64,000 nucleotides of DNA from assembly GCA_034434635.1 (NCBI GenBank), contig DAOTYX010000184.1, positions 3,880-67,879 on the forward strand, in the 5' to 3' direction. Each line of letters opens with the position of its first letter. Position 1 is the first letter of the stretch. Below are positions 10,424 through 20,470 of this stretch, in pieces. The position numbers and the translations under genes are program-made. The notes under the pieces were generated by a model. That model searched no databases and was not told the origin of the DNA. It saw only the letters and a list, made by a program, of their open reading frames with translations. This DNA is from Anaerolineae bacterium. GTDB taxonomy: Bacteria > Chloroflexota > Anaerolineae > B4-G1 > DUEL01.

Positions 10424-11431
10424 ATGGAATGGCCGATTGACTATCTACACTACGTGCCGGCCCCATCCAGTTTCATCGAGATGATGCGCGGCGCCATGCG
10501 GGCGATGGACTGCGCCGGGGCGCAGCCGGGGGAGAATGTGGTCATCTCCACCGACACCAACAAGATGCGCATCGCCGAAGCACTGGCCGCGGCGGCGCAC
10601 GCCGTGGGGGCTGTGCCGACGATCGTGGTCATCACCCCCACCGGCGCCCACGGGGCGCAGTTGCCCGCGCCGGTGGTGGCTGCCTGCCGCGAGTCGGACA
10701 TCTTCTTTCTGCCCAGCACCTTCTCCCAGACGCACACCGACGCGCGCATCCAGGCGATCCAGAACGGTGCACGCGGGGCGACGATGTGCGAAGTGACTGA
10801 GGATGCCCTGTGCGTCGGCGGTATCCTGGCCGACTTCGAGGCCTGCGATCGCCTGGGACATGCCTTGGGCGCGCTGGTGAGCCAGGCGGTCGAGTTGCGC
10901 ATCACCACCCCGAGCGGCACGGACGTGCGGGGCGTCATCCGGGGCCGCCCAGTGCAGTATGAGACCGGGCTATTCCGTCAGCCTGGGCAATTCGCCGCTC
11001 TGCCCAACAGCGAGATCAACATCTCTCCGGTCGAAGGGAGCGCTGAGGGAGTGGCGGTGGTGGACGTGCGGATCATGAGCGTCGGCATTACCCGCCGTGA
11101 ACCGGTGACCCTGGTGATCAGAGACGGGTTGGTGCGCGAGGTCACAGGGGGCGCGCTGGCTGACGATCTGGCACGCATCCTGGCCGGTTTCGGCGACCCA
11201 ACGGCCTATAACGTGGCCGAGTTCGGCATCGGCCTCAACCCACAGGCCCGTGAGTGCGCGACCAACCTGGAGGACCTGGGGCGGGCCGACCATGCGCATA
11301 TCGGCATTGGCTCCAACTATGCCATCGGTGGGAGTGTCAAGGCCCCCTGTCACATTGACGCGATCATGCGTCAGGCTACCATCTACCTGGACGGCCGCCC
11401 GGTTTACGAGTGTGGGACCTTGTTGGTGTAG
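10424..11431 (+). CDS. M29 aminopeptidase (AmpS)-fold protein; same fold family as 2,5-dihydroxypyridine dioxygenase NicX
   Basis: About 335 aa from ATG 10424 (GGGAGG RBS). Size and scattered Asp/His/Glu pattern fit the AmpS/NicX family. Peptidase versus dioxygenase cannot be distinguished from sequence alone. Confidence 0.4.
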   Translation: MEWPIDYLHYVPAPSSFIEMMRGAMRAMDCAGAQPGENVVISTDTNKMRIAEALAAAAHAVGAVPTIVVITPTGAHGAQLPAPVVAACRESDIFFLPSTFSQTHTDARIQAIQNGARGATMCEVTEDALCVGGILADFEACDRLGHALGALVSQAVELRITTPSGTDVRGVIRGRPVQYETGLFRQPGQFAALPNSEINISPVEGSAEGVAVVDVRIMSVGITRREPVTLVIRDGLVREVTGGALADDLARILAGFGDPTAYNVAEFGIGLNPQARECATNLEDLGRADHAHIGIGSNYAIGGSVKAPCHIDAIMRQATIYLDGRPVYECGTLLV

Positions 11432-11468
11432 AGCAGCCTCATCCTGATTCGAGGGAGAAGAAAACCTG

Positions 11469-13115
11469 ATGTCCGACTTCGACTACATCATCATCGGCGG
11501 CGGCCACAATGGCCTGGTCTGCGCCGCCTACCTGGCCCGCGCCGGCCAGCGGGTTGCTGTCCTGGAGCGTTACGCCATCCTGGGCGGTTACATCACCACC
11601 GAGGAGATTCCCGCGGCCCCGGGGTACAGGCTGAACATCGGGGCGATGGAGCACATCTCCATATTCGACACGCCGATCCTCTCTGACTTAGAACTGGAAA
11701 AGTATGGCCTGGAGTACCTGTTCCGCGAACCGCTGTATCTTTTTCCGTTTCCCGACGGCAGCGACCTGCCCGTCTACCGGAGCATCGAACGGACGGCAGC
11801 GGAGATCGCCCGCTTCAGCGCTCATGATGCGGCCGCGTACCGGCCGTTCATGGAGTTCTCGGCGGCCTTCCTGGGGATCCTCGGCGCGGTCAGTTTCGGC
11901 CCGCCGCCGACCTTCGGGGAACTGGCAGGGATGATGAGCGCGCAGGTGGGGCTGGACACCGACCGGGCGCTGCGTGTGCTGTTGACCGACCCGCGCACGG
12001 TGCTGAACGAGTGGTTCGACCACCCCAAGGTCAAAGCGGCGTTGGGCTACTATGGGGCGCACACGCAGACCGCACCCTCGCAGCCGGGAGCCGGTTTCGC
12101 GCCGATGATCATGGTCGGCTCGCATCTCTCCGGCGTGGCCCGTCCACGCGGCGGCTCCGGCCGGCTGAATGACGCCCTGGCCGCGGTCATCATCGCCCAC
12201 GGCGGTACGGTGCGCACCAACGCTGGCGTGCGCCGTGTGCGGGTCGAGAACGGACGGGCCGTGGGGGTCGTTCTGGAGAGCGGCGAGGGGATCACGGCCG
12301 AGAAGGGCGTGGTCTCCGCCGTTGACGCCGTCCGTCTGTTCCTTGACTTGGTGGACGAGGAGCACACCTCGCCCGAACTGCGCCGCGCGCTGCGCAACGT
12401 CCGTATCGCCGGCACGAACATCTCCGAGTTCAAGGTGGACTGTGCCCTGAGCGGCCCGCTGGATTGGAGTCGCTTCCCGCATGGCGAGGAGTTCAGCGTG
12501 GGCATGTACCTCATCTGCCCGTCGCTGGAGTATCTCGACCTGGCCTTCGCCGACATTCGCCGGGGTCTGCCGCCGGAGGAGCCGGCGATGATGGTCTGTA
12601 CCCCCTCAGCGCTCGATCCCACCCTGGCCCCGCCTGGCGGCCATACGCTGTGGCTGTCCGCTTTCGCCCCCTACGACCGCCGCGACGGGCGCTCGTGGGA
12701 CAAGACGAAGGAGAAATACGCCGACCTCCTCCTGGACCGGCTGGCGCAGTACGCCCCCAATGTCCGCGACGTGATCATCGCGCGCGAGGTCACCTCCCCG
12801 CTGGACTGGCATCGGCGCACCGGCAGCATCCGCGGCAACCCCAACCACCTGGACATGACCCTCGACCAGATCCTGGGGTATCGTCCCATCCCGGCGCTCT
12901 CCCGTTACCGCACGCCGATCCGCGGACTCTACCTGACCGGCAGCGGCACCCACCCTGGCGGGGGCTTGAGCGGCAATCCGGGCTACAACACCGCCCAGGT
13001 CGTCCTGCAGGACCTGGGGCTGGTGCCGCCGCCGGAGCGTAAGGGGTTGGTCGAGCGGGTCAGGCGGCTGACCAGCCTGTTCGACATCTACCGTCGCCTG
13101 CGTAAGTACCTCTAA
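11469..13115 (+). CDS. FAD-dependent oxidoreductase (phytoene-desaturase/CrtI-like amine-oxidase fold)
   Basis: N-terminal DYIIIGGGHNGLVCAAYLARAG dinucleotide-binding motif; 548 aa. Confidence 0.8.
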   Translation: MSDFDYIIIGGGHNGLVCAAYLARAGQRVAVLERYAILGGYITTEEIPAAPGYRLNIGAMEHISIFDTPILSDLELEKYGLEYLFREPLYLFPFPDGSDLPVYRSIERTAAEIARFSAHDAAAYRPFMEFSAAFLGILGAVSFGPPPTFGELAGMMSAQVGLDTDRALRVLLTDPRTVLNEWFDHPKVKAALGYYGAHTQTAPSQPGAGFAPMIMVGSHLSGVARPRGGSGRLNDALAAVIIAHGGTVRTNAGVRRVRVENGRAVGVVLESGEGITAEKGVVSAVDAVRLFLDLVDEEHTSPELRRALRNVRIAGTNISEFKVDCALSGPLDWSRFPHGEEFSVGMYLICPSLEYLDLAFADIRRGLPPEEPAMMVCTPSALDPTLAPPGGHTLWLSAFAPYDRRDGRSWDKTKEKYADLLLDRLAQYAPNVRDVIIAREVTSPLDWHRRTGSIRGNPNHLDMTLDQILGYRPIPALSRYRTPIRGLYLTGSGTHPGGGLSGNPGYNTAQVVLQDLGLVPPPERKGLVERVRRLTSLFDIYRRLRKYL

Positions 13116-13123
13116 GGTGAGAA

Positions 13124-14605
13124 ATGGACATCCTGATCGAAAACGTCACCCTCTTGAGCCCTGACCAGGAGCAGATACTGGCGGGGCAGAATGTAGTTAT
13201 CGAGGGCAACCGCATCGCCCAGGTTACCGCATCCCCCGTGGAGCCGGGGCCGGGGACGAAGCGCATCAACGGCCGGGACCGCCTGCTCATCCCCGGCCTC
13301 GTCAGCGCCCACGCCCACTCGCCGGAGAACTTCCTCAAGGGACGGATCGAGGCAGTGCCACTGGAGTTCTGGCTGGTGGACCTGTTCGGCTCCTCCTTCG
13401 CCTTCACCGAGCGGGAAATCTACCTGGCGGCGATGGTCGGCTGCATCGAGATGCTGAAGACCGGCACCACAGCGGTGGTGGATCACTTCTGGGTCAACGG
13501 GGCGATGAGTGAGCCAGCGCTGGACGCGGTGATGAGCGCCTACCGTGATGTGGGCATCCGCGCCGCCGTCGCGCCGCTGGTGGAGGATGATCACAAGATC
13601 AACGAGATGATCCTCCGCCAGAACCCCGATCTGGCCGGCGGGGCCATCTATGGCGCGGCGCCCCCCATCACCGCCGAGGAGTACCTCCAGGTGCTCGAGG
13701 GCTTCTTCCGCCGCTGGCATCGTGCTGAAGGAGGGCGCCTCCTGTGCATGGCCGGCCCTTCGGGCGCGCAGTGGTGTTCCGAGCGGCTGATGACCGGCAG
13801 CATGGAGATCGCCCAGCGCTACGGCGGCGGCTATCACATGCATGCCGAAGAGACCAAACTGCAGGCCGTCAGTTGCCGCCAGTTCTTCGGCCACTCGGCC
13901 GTGGCCCATCTGGATGCGTTGGGGCTGTTGGGCGAGCGGACCTCGCTGGCCCATTGCGTCTGGGTGGACGACCATGACATTGACCTGCTCGCCACCTCCG
14001 GGACAGCCGTGGCTCACAACTCGGTCTGTAACCTGAAACTGGGCAGCGGTTTCGCGCCCGTGCTCAAGATGGTCGAGCGGGGGGTGCACGTGGCGCTCTC
14101 GTGCGATGGCGCGGCCAGCAACGACAACCAGGTGATGTTCGATGTGATGAAGGTGGCCGGGCTGATGCACACGGTGCGCGACCCCCATCATCAGCGCTGG
14201 CTGCGCTCACGGCAGATCTTGCGCATGGCGACGATGGAAGGGGCGCGGGTGCTGGGGCTGGAGGGGAGCCTGGGGGTCATCCGTCCCGGCGCGTTAGCCG
14301 ACCTGACGCTGCTGGACATGACCACGCCGGCCTTCACTCCTCTCAATGACCCCTTCCAGCACCTCGTCTACGCTGAGACCGGTTCCTCGGTGCGCACAGT
14401 GCTGGTGGACGGTCGCGTGGTGGTGGAGGAGGGTCGCCTGCTCACCGTGGACGAGGCGGCGCTGCTGGCGGAGGCCCGTGACGTGTGGGCGCGCCGGCGG
14501 CAGGACATCCCGCCCGTTGGCCCCGAGGTGCAGGCCTTCCTGGCCGCCCAGGAGCGCTTCCAACAGCGCATCCTGGCGATGCCGTTTCCGGTGAACAGTT
14601 ACTGA
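13124..14605 (+). CDS. Amidohydrolase-superfamily enzyme (chlorohydrolase / deaminase / SsnA-like)
   Basis: LIPGLVSAHAHSPE metal-binding HxH motif; internal HMHAEE and C-terminal Asp region. Confidence 0.85.
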   Translation: MDILIENVTLLSPDQEQILAGQNVVIEGNRIAQVTASPVEPGPGTKRINGRDRLLIPGLVSAHAHSPENFLKGRIEAVPLEFWLVDLFGSSFAFTEREIYLAAMVGCIEMLKTGTTAVVDHFWVNGAMSEPALDAVMSAYRDVGIRAAVAPLVEDDHKINEMILRQNPDLAGGAIYGAAPPITAEEYLQVLEGFFRRWHRAEGGRLLCMAGPSGAQWCSERLMTGSMEIAQRYGGGYHMHAEETKLQAVSCRQFFGHSAVAHLDALGLLGERTSLAHCVWVDDHDIDLLATSGTAVAHNSVCNLKLGSGFAPVLKMVERGVHVALSCDGAASNDNQVMFDVMKVAGLMHTVRDPHHQRWLRSRQILRMATMEGARVLGLEGSLGVIRPGALADLTLLDMTTPAFTPLNDPFQHLVYAETGSSVRTVLVDGRVVVEEGRLLTVDEAALLAEARDVWARRRQDIPPVGPEVQAFLAAQERFQQRILAMPFPVNSY

Positions 14606-14609
14606 CAGG

Positions 14610-15746
14610 ATGGCGATGACAACCGGCTACGTGTATGACGTGCGCCATCGGGCGCATACTCATCCCGAGGCTCCTGAGTCGGCAGCCCGGCTGGACGCGC
14701 TGCTGGACACACTGCGAGCGCGCGGCGAGTTGGAGCCGCTGCTCCACCTGGAGGTGGAGCCGATCCCGTGGGAGTGGGTGGCCGCAGCGCACACCGCCGC
14801 TCACGTGGAGGCCGTACAACGGTTGTCCCAGACCGGCAAGCGCCGCATCAGTTTCGATACCTACCTCACCCCTGCCGGCGCGGAGGTAGCCCGCCTGGCT
14901 GCCTCCGCGGCGGTTCGGGCCACGCAGGCGGTGCTGGAGGGACAGGTGACGAACGCTTTCTCCCTGATGCGCCCTCCGGGTCACCATGCCCTCTCCACAC
15001 GGGCGATGGGCTATTGCATTTTCAACAACATCGCCATCGCCACGCACGCGGCCTTGCGCCAGCACGGCCTGGAGCGGGTGATGATCGTCGATCTCGACGC
15101 CCATCACGGCAACGGCACCGAAGAGATCTTCTACAGCAACCCGCAGGTATTGACGATTTCTTACCATCAGCACCCCTGGTTCCCCAACACGGGTGACTGG
15201 TTCCGCAACGGAGCGGAGGCCGGCCTGGGTTACAACTACAACATCGAGATGCCACAGTGGAGCGGCGACGCGGCCTACCTGCAGGCGTTGCAGGAACTGG
15301 TGGTCCCCCTGGCTGAACGGTACCAGCCGCAACTCGTCCTCGTTGCGGCCGGGTTCGATGCTCACTGGGTTGACCACTCCTCGGTGCTGGGCCTGAGCGT
15401 GCGGGGGTACTATGACCTGGTAGTGGGATTGCGCCGTCTGGCCGAGCGACACTGCGCAGGGCACATCGTTCTGTTCCTGGAGGGAGGGTACAACCTGGCT
15501 TCGCTGAGCGCCTGTGTCGCTGCAGCGCTGCGCGCGCTGCGCGGAGAGCCACCTCCGGCCGACCCTTTTGGCCCGTGCCCAGACGCACCGGTGGCCCCGG
15601 TGGATGGCGTGCTGGCGTTGCTCAAGGGCTTCGTGAGTCTGGTCGCCCCACCGGATGGCCCTGACTTCTTTGATCAACCGGCCCAGATTCCCTATCCGAT
15701 CCGGGCAGTAGGACCACGTGAAAAAGGAGGCGATATGGAGAGATGA
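14610..15746 (+). CDS. Histone-deacetylase-superfamily hydrolase (AcuC / acetylpolyamine amidohydrolase-like)
   Basis: HDAC signature ...RPPGHHA... and DLDAHHGNGTEEIF. Confidence 0.85.
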   Translation: MAMTTGYVYDVRHRAHTHPEAPESAARLDALLDTLRARGELEPLLHLEVEPIPWEWVAAAHTAAHVEAVQRLSQTGKRRISFDTYLTPAGAEVARLAASAAVRATQAVLEGQVTNAFSLMRPPGHHALSTRAMGYCIFNNIAIATHAALRQHGLERVMIVDLDAHHGNGTEEIFYSNPQVLTISYHQHPWFPNTGDWFRNGAEAGLGYNYNIEMPQWSGDAAYLQALQELVVPLAERYQPQLVLVAAGFDAHWVDHSSVLGLSVRGYYDLVVGLRRLAERHCAGHIVLFLEGGYNLASLSACVAAALRALRGEPPPADPFGPCPDAPVAPVDGVLALLKGFVSLVAPPDGPDFFDQPAQIPYPIRAVGPREKGGDMER

Positions 15747-15801
15747 GGAAGAGATCGGTTGCGTGGGTAGGAGAGAGCAAGAAACCTAAACGGGGGAAAA
15801 G

Positions 15802-16857
15802 ATGAAGAAGAGGACGTTCGTTGCTGCTGTGCTGGTCTGCCTTCTGGCGTTGATGCTGTCCGCGGGGTGCAGGGGAGGCGCACAGCCTACCGAGGCGCCC
15901 ACTGCGGCACCTACTGAAGCACCCACCGAAGCCCCGACAGAGGCCCCCACTGCAGCCCCGCTGCGCGTGGCGGCGGTCTTCCCTGGCTCCATCAGCGACC
16001 AGGGTTTCAACCAGGCCGGATATGAGGGGCTGATGATGATCCGTGACCAGTTGGGGGCCGAGGTGGCCTTCTCCGAGAACACCCCGGTCGCCAACTTCGA
16101 GCAGGTCTACCGCGACTTCGCCGAGCAAGGCTACAACGTGATCATCGGCCACGGCTTCGAGTTCGGCGATGTCGCCTTGGCGGTCGCCCCTGACTATCCC
16201 GACGTCCGCTTCATCGTGGACAGCAACCCTGTCGTCTCCGCGCCCAATGTCGCCGGCATCACCGGCAAGTCATGGGAGGCCGCTTACCTGTGCGGCGTGG
16301 TGGCTGGCCTGATGAGCGAGACCGGCCACATCGGCGGTATCGCTGGCTTCGACTTCCCCATTCTTGTCGCTCAGATGGAAGCCTTCCGCCTCGGCGCCCA
16401 GTCGGTGCGGCCGGACATCGAGGTCACCATCGTCTACATCGGCTCCTTCGAGGATGTGGCCAAGGCTAAGGAGGCGGCTCTGGCGCAGGCTGCCGCTGGC
16501 GTGGATGTCATCTTCCACATCGCCGACGCCGCTGGTGTTGGGGTGATCGAGGCCTGCCAGGAGTCGGGCATCTACGCCATCGGTTGGGGGTTGGACCAGA
16601 ACCATCTGGCGCCGGACACCGTCCTGACCAGCCTGCTCTTCAGCGGCGCGGAACTGCTGTTCCAGGACGTGCAGCGGGTGGTAGATGGCACGTGGACTGG
16701 CGAGGTGCGCCTGTACGGGCTGGAGACCGGCGTGGTGGACATCGCCGATTTCCACGGCCTGGTGCCAGATGACGTTGCGGCGCGGGTCGAGCAGGCGCGA
16801 CAGGACATCATCGCTGGCAACATCGTCGTGCCTTACATCACCGAGCCGTCCGAGTAA
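15802..16857 (+). CDS. BMP-family (PnrA/Med-like) ABC transporter substrate-binding lipoprotein
   Basis: Signal peptide plus lipobox LSAGC, then a Pro/Thr/Glu/Ala linker, then a BMP domain (AAVFPGSISDQGFNQ). Confidence 0.85.
   Translation: MKKRTFVAAVLVCLLALMLSAGCRGGAQPTEAPTAAPTEAPTEAPTEAPTAAPLRVAAVFPGSISDQGFNQAGYEGLMMIRDQLGAEVAFSENTPVANFEQVYRDFAEQGYNVIIGHGFEFGDVALAVAPDYPDVRFIVDSNPVVSAPNVAGITGKSWEAAYLCGVVAGLMSETGHIGGIAGFDFPILVAQMEAFRLGAQSVRPDIEVTIVYIGSFEDVAKAKEAALAQAAAGVDVIFHIADAAGVGVIEACQESGIYAIGWGLDQNHLAPDTVLTSLLFSGAELLFQDVQRVVDGTWTGEVRLYGLETGVVDIADFHGLVPDDVAARVEQARQDIIAGNIVVPYITEPSE
15886..15960 (+). repeat. Imperfect 12-bp tandem repeat encoding the (P-T-E/A-A) x6 linker of the lipoprotein
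   Basis: cctaccgaggcg/cccactgcggca/cctactgaagca/cccaccgaagcc/ccgacagaggcc/cccactgcagcc. Confidence 0.6.
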
Positions 16858-16864
16858 TCCGAAC

Positions 16865-16897
16865 GAGGTGCGACGCATGACCCATGCGTCGCACCTC
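16865..16897 (+). promoter_or_regulatory. Intra-operonic 15-bp-stem hairpin between the binding-protein gene and the ATPase gene (GACGCAT...ATGCGTC core, related to the REP family)
   Basis: gaggtgcgacgcatg-acc-catgcgtcgcacctc. Typical position for differential-expression hairpins in ABC operons. Confidence 0.5.
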
Positions 16898-16916
16898 CTC
16901 TAACAGGGGGTGAGGC

Positions 16917-18488
16917 GTGGACGCGCTGCTGCGGATGGATTCCGTGACCAAGTCGTTTCCCGGCGTGCTGGCCAACGACCGGATTTCCTTCGAGGTTGCG
17001 GAAGGGGAGGTCCATGCCCTGCTGGGTGAGAATGGCGCAGGCAAGACCACGCTCATGCGCATCCTTTACGGGATGACCTCGCCCGATAGCGGCACAATCT
17101 ACTGGCGCGGCAAGCCGGTGCGCATTCCCTCCAGCCATGTGGCGATCGGGTTGGGGATCGGCATGATCCATCAGCACTTCATGCTCATCCCGGAGTTCAC
17201 CGTGGCCGAGAATGTGGCTCTGGGTTTGCGTGGCGATCGCTCCCCCCTTCTGGATCTGAGGGGCACAGCGCAGCGGCTGGAGGCGCTCTCCGCACAGTTT
17301 GGCCTGCGGGTGGATCCCTGGGCGCGGGTGAAGGACCTCTCGACGGGCGAGCAACAGCGCGCCGAGATCGTCAAAGCGCTCTACCGTGGGGCCCATCTGC
17401 TGGTGCTGGACGAGCCGACGGCCGTCTTGACCCCCGGCGAGGCGGATGAACTGTTCGCGGTCCTCGACAGCCTGCGCGCGCAAGGCCGCGCCGTGGTCTT
17501 CATCAGCCACAAACTGAGAGAGGTCATGCAGATCAGTGACCGGGTGACGGTGTTGCGTCGCGGGCGTGCGGTGGCCACGGTGCCCACCTGCGAGACCTCC
17601 CAGGAGCAACTGGCAAACATGATGGTGGGTCGCCCGGTGGTGCTGCAGATCGAGCGCTCCCCCGCGCGCCCAGGGAAGGAGGTCATCCGCCTGGACGAGG
17701 TCGCCATTCGCTCCCGCGAACACCACCGTAACGAGGTCGAGGACATATCGCTCACCGTGCGGGAGGGGGAGATCGTCGCCCTGACCGGCGTGGCCGGCAA
17801 TGGCCAGCGCCCGCTGATTGAGGCGCTCTTTGGCCTGCGGCGGGTCTCCGCAGGGCACATCTCCATTCTTGGCCGAGACGTCACTGCCTGCCGCCCGTGT
17901 GACCTGGTAGCGCTCAACGTCGGGCGCATCCCGGAGGACCGCCAGACGATGGGGCTGGCGATGAGCCTGTCGGTCTATGAGAACCTGGCTCTGGAGACCT
18001 ATGATCGCGAGCCGACCTGCCGTTGGGGGGTGCTGCGGCGCGGGGAGTTGCGCCGACAGGCCCAGTTGTTGAGGGAGGAGTACGACATCCGCATGCCGTC
18101 CATTGACCTGCCGGTGGGAAAACTCTCCGGCGGCAACCAGCAGAAGGTGATCCTGGCGCGGGCGTTGCGCCGTCGTCCGCGGGCGATCATCGCTGTGGAC
18201 CCCACGCGCGGGTTGGATGTGGGGGCGACGGAGTTTGTCTACCGTCAGCTCCTGGCGGCTCGTGACCAGGGAGCGGCGGTCCTGCTCATCTCGACGGATC
18301 TGGAGGAAGTGCTTTGTCTGAGCGACCGGATCGGAGTGATCTACAACGGGCAAATCATGGGGGTATTGCCGGCGACGGAGGCGGACGAGACCCGGCTGGG
18401 GCTGATGATGGCCGGGATGCCGTTGGCGAACATGCCCGACGTACTCCCACCAACCCACACCTTCAGCAACTGCTCGCCCCAGCCCTGA
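16917..18488 (+). CDS. ABC transporter ATP-binding protein with two fused nucleotide-binding domains
   Basis: Two Walker A motifs (GENGAGKTT / GVAGNGQR), LSGGQQQ and LSGGNQQ signatures. GTG start. Confidence 0.9.
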   Translation: MDALLRMDSVTKSFPGVLANDRISFEVAEGEVHALLGENGAGKTTLMRILYGMTSPDSGTIYWRGKPVRIPSSHVAIGLGIGMIHQHFMLIPEFTVAENVALGLRGDRSPLLDLRGTAQRLEALSAQFGLRVDPWARVKDLSTGEQQRAEIVKALYRGAHLLVLDEPTAVLTPGEADELFAVLDSLRAQGRAVVFISHKLREVMQISDRVTVLRRGRAVATVPTCETSQEQLANMMVGRPVVLQIERSPARPGKEVIRLDEVAIRSREHHRNEVEDISLTVREGEIVALTGVAGNGQRPLIEALFGLRRVSAGHISILGRDVTACRPCDLVALNVGRIPEDRQTMGLAMSLSVYENLALETYDREPTCRWGVLRRGELRRQAQLLREEYDIRMPSIDLPVGKLSGGNQQKVILARALRRRPRAIIAVDPTRGLDVGATEFVYRQLLAARDQGAAVLLISTDLEEVLCLSDRIGVIYNGQIMGVLPATEADETRLGLMMAGMPLANMPDVLPPTHTFSNCSPQP

Positions 18489-18508
18489 CCTCGGCCCGGG
18501 CGGCCCTG

Positions 18509-19540
18509 GTGCCGCTGCTGGCGATCCTGGCCGCGCTGGCTGTTGGCGGTGGAGTGATGGCCATCAGCGGCATCAACCCCTGGGAGGGGTACGTGGCCAT
18601 GGCGAGAGGGGCGTTCGGTGGCCCCTCGCGGATCGGCGTCACGGTGACTAAGGCCACACCGCTCATTTTGGCCGGTCTGGGAGTGGCGCTACCGTTCCGC
18701 TGCGGCCTGCTGAACATCGGCGGCGAGGGGCAGATTTACATCGGCGCGCTGACGGCCACCCTGGTCGCCCTCGGGCTGCCTGGCCTGCCGCTGGCACTTC
18801 ACCTGCCCCTCGTCATCCTGGCCGGCTTTGTCGGCGGGGCGGTGTGGGGTGGAATCCCCGGCTTCCTGCGCGCCCGCTTCAAACTGAACGAACTCATCAC
18901 CACCATTATGCTCGGCTACATCGCCTTCTGGATCGTCAGTTATCTGGTGCACGGAGTGATGAAGGACCCGCAGGGGGGCGGTTACCCCTGGAGCGTGCGC
19001 ATTCCGGATTCGGCCATCCTGCCGATCATCCTGCGCGGTTACCGCATCAACCTGGGTTTCATCCTGGCGCTGGTATGTGCAGCGCTGGCCCACCTCGTCC
19101 TGTGGCACACCGCCTTCGGCTTCGAGATGCGCGCGGTGGGGGCTGGACCGCTGGCCGCGCGTCTGGCCGGCATCAATCCCGAACGCACCACCGTGTTGAC
19201 GTTCGCGCTGGGCGGCGGACTGGCCGGGCTGGCCGGAATGGCCGAGGTGATGGGGGTGCAGTACCGCCTGAGCGATTTCTTCTCGCCAGGGTATGGCTGG
19301 GATGCCATCGTGGTGGCGCTGGCAGGCCAGAGCAGCCCTGTCGGTGTCGTGCTGGTGGGGTTGTTCTTCGGCGCGCTGCGCAACGGTGCGGAGGGGGCAT
19401 CCCGTTCCATCGCTATGCCGACCTCGATCTCGCTGATCATCCAGGCGCTCACCCTGCTGTTCGTGGTGGGCAGCAACTCGGTGGTGCTGCGTCGCGCCTG
19501 GGAGAGGAGGGTGCGAAGACGTGTGGGAGATTCTGGCTAG
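18509..19540 (+). CDS. ABC transporter permease (BMP-system, first)
   Basis: Multi-TM protein. The start is uncertain: GTG 18509 is chosen as the first start after the ATPase stop; ATG 18557 is an alternative. Confidence 0.7.
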   Translation: MPLLAILAALAVGGGVMAISGINPWEGYVAMARGAFGGPSRIGVTVTKATPLILAGLGVALPFRCGLLNIGGEGQIYIGALTATLVALGLPGLPLALHLPLVILAGFVGGAVWGGIPGFLRARFKLNELITTIMLGYIAFWIVSYLVHGVMKDPQGGGYPWSVRIPDSAILPIILRGYRINLGFILALVCAALAHLVLWHTAFGFEMRAVGAGPLAARLAGINPERTTVLTFALGGGLAGLAGMAEVMGVQYRLSDFFSPGYGWDAIVVALAGQSSPVGVVLVGLFFGALRNGAEGASRSIAMPTSISLIIQALTLLFVVGSNSVVLRRAWERRVRRRVGDSG

Positions 19541-20456
19541 GCTGTTTCTCTCGATAGACTTCCTGTCGGCCAGCATTCGCTTCTCCACCCCCCTGCTCGG
19601 TGCGTCTCTGGGTGAGAGCATCTCCGAACGGGCAGGGGTGGTCAACGTCAGTCTGGAAGGGATGATGCTGTGCGGCGCGCTGGGCGGAGTTCTCGGATCG
19701 TACTACACCGGCAGTCCATGGGCCGGCATGCTCTGCGCCATCCTGGCCGGCATGCTGGTCGCCCTGATCCAGGCGGTGTTCAGCGTCACCCTGGCGGTCA
19801 ACCAGGTCGTCGTCGGCATCGCTCTGAACATCGGTAGCATAGGGCTGACCACATACGTCTCCCGCGCCGTCTTCGGTCTGACGGAGCGCGTGCAGGTAAC
19901 CGGCTTTGGACCGTTGCGCATCCCCTTCTTGAGCGACCTGCCGGTGGTGGGGCCGTTGTTGTTCAGCCAGAGCGCTCCGGTCTACATCACCTACTTCATG
20001 GTGCTCGTTTTGGGGTTCCTGCTGATGCGCACGGAGCACGGCCTGGGCCTGCGGGCGGTGGGTGAGCACCCGGAAGCAGCAGCCAGCGTGGGCATCTCGG
20101 TGACGCGCACCCGTTACCTGGCGGTATTGGTGTGCGGCGCGTTGAGTGGGCTGGCGGGCAGTTTCTTCTCCCTGGTGCAACTGAACACCTTCGTCGAGAG
20201 CATGACCGGCGGGCGGGGTTTCATCGCCCTGGCGGTGGTGGTGGTGGGCAAGTGGACGCCGTGGCGGTTGGCGCTGGTGGCGCTGCTGTTCGGGATGCTG
20301 GACGCCCTGGCGCTGCACGCCCAGGCGCTGGCCATCGGCCTGCCCTATCATCTGCTGTTGGCCCTGCCATACCTGGGGGCGCTGCTGGTCTACGCTGGCC
20401 TGGTGGGCCAGGCGCGGCCGCCAGCGGCGCTGGCTCAGCCCTTCATCCGCGACTGA
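19521..20456 (+). CDS. ABC transporter permease (BMP-system, second)
   Basis: Multi-TM protein; overlaps the upstream gene by 20 nt. Confidence 0.8.
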   Translation: MWEILARLFLSIDFLSASIRFSTPLLGASLGESISERAGVVNVSLEGMMLCGALGGVLGSYYTGSPWAGMLCAILAGMLVALIQAVFSVTLAVNQVVVGIALNIGSIGLTTYVSRAVFGLTERVQVTGFGPLRIPFLSDLPVVGPLLFSQSAPVYITYFMVLVLGFLLMRTEHGLGLRAVGEHPEAAASVGISVTRTRYLAVLVCGALSGLAGSFFSLVQLNTFVESMTGGRGFIALAVVVVGKWTPWRLALVALLFGMLDALALHAQALAIGLPYHLLLALPYLGALLVYAGLVGQARPPAALAQPFIRD

Positions 20457-20470
20457 CGGGAGGAAACGTC

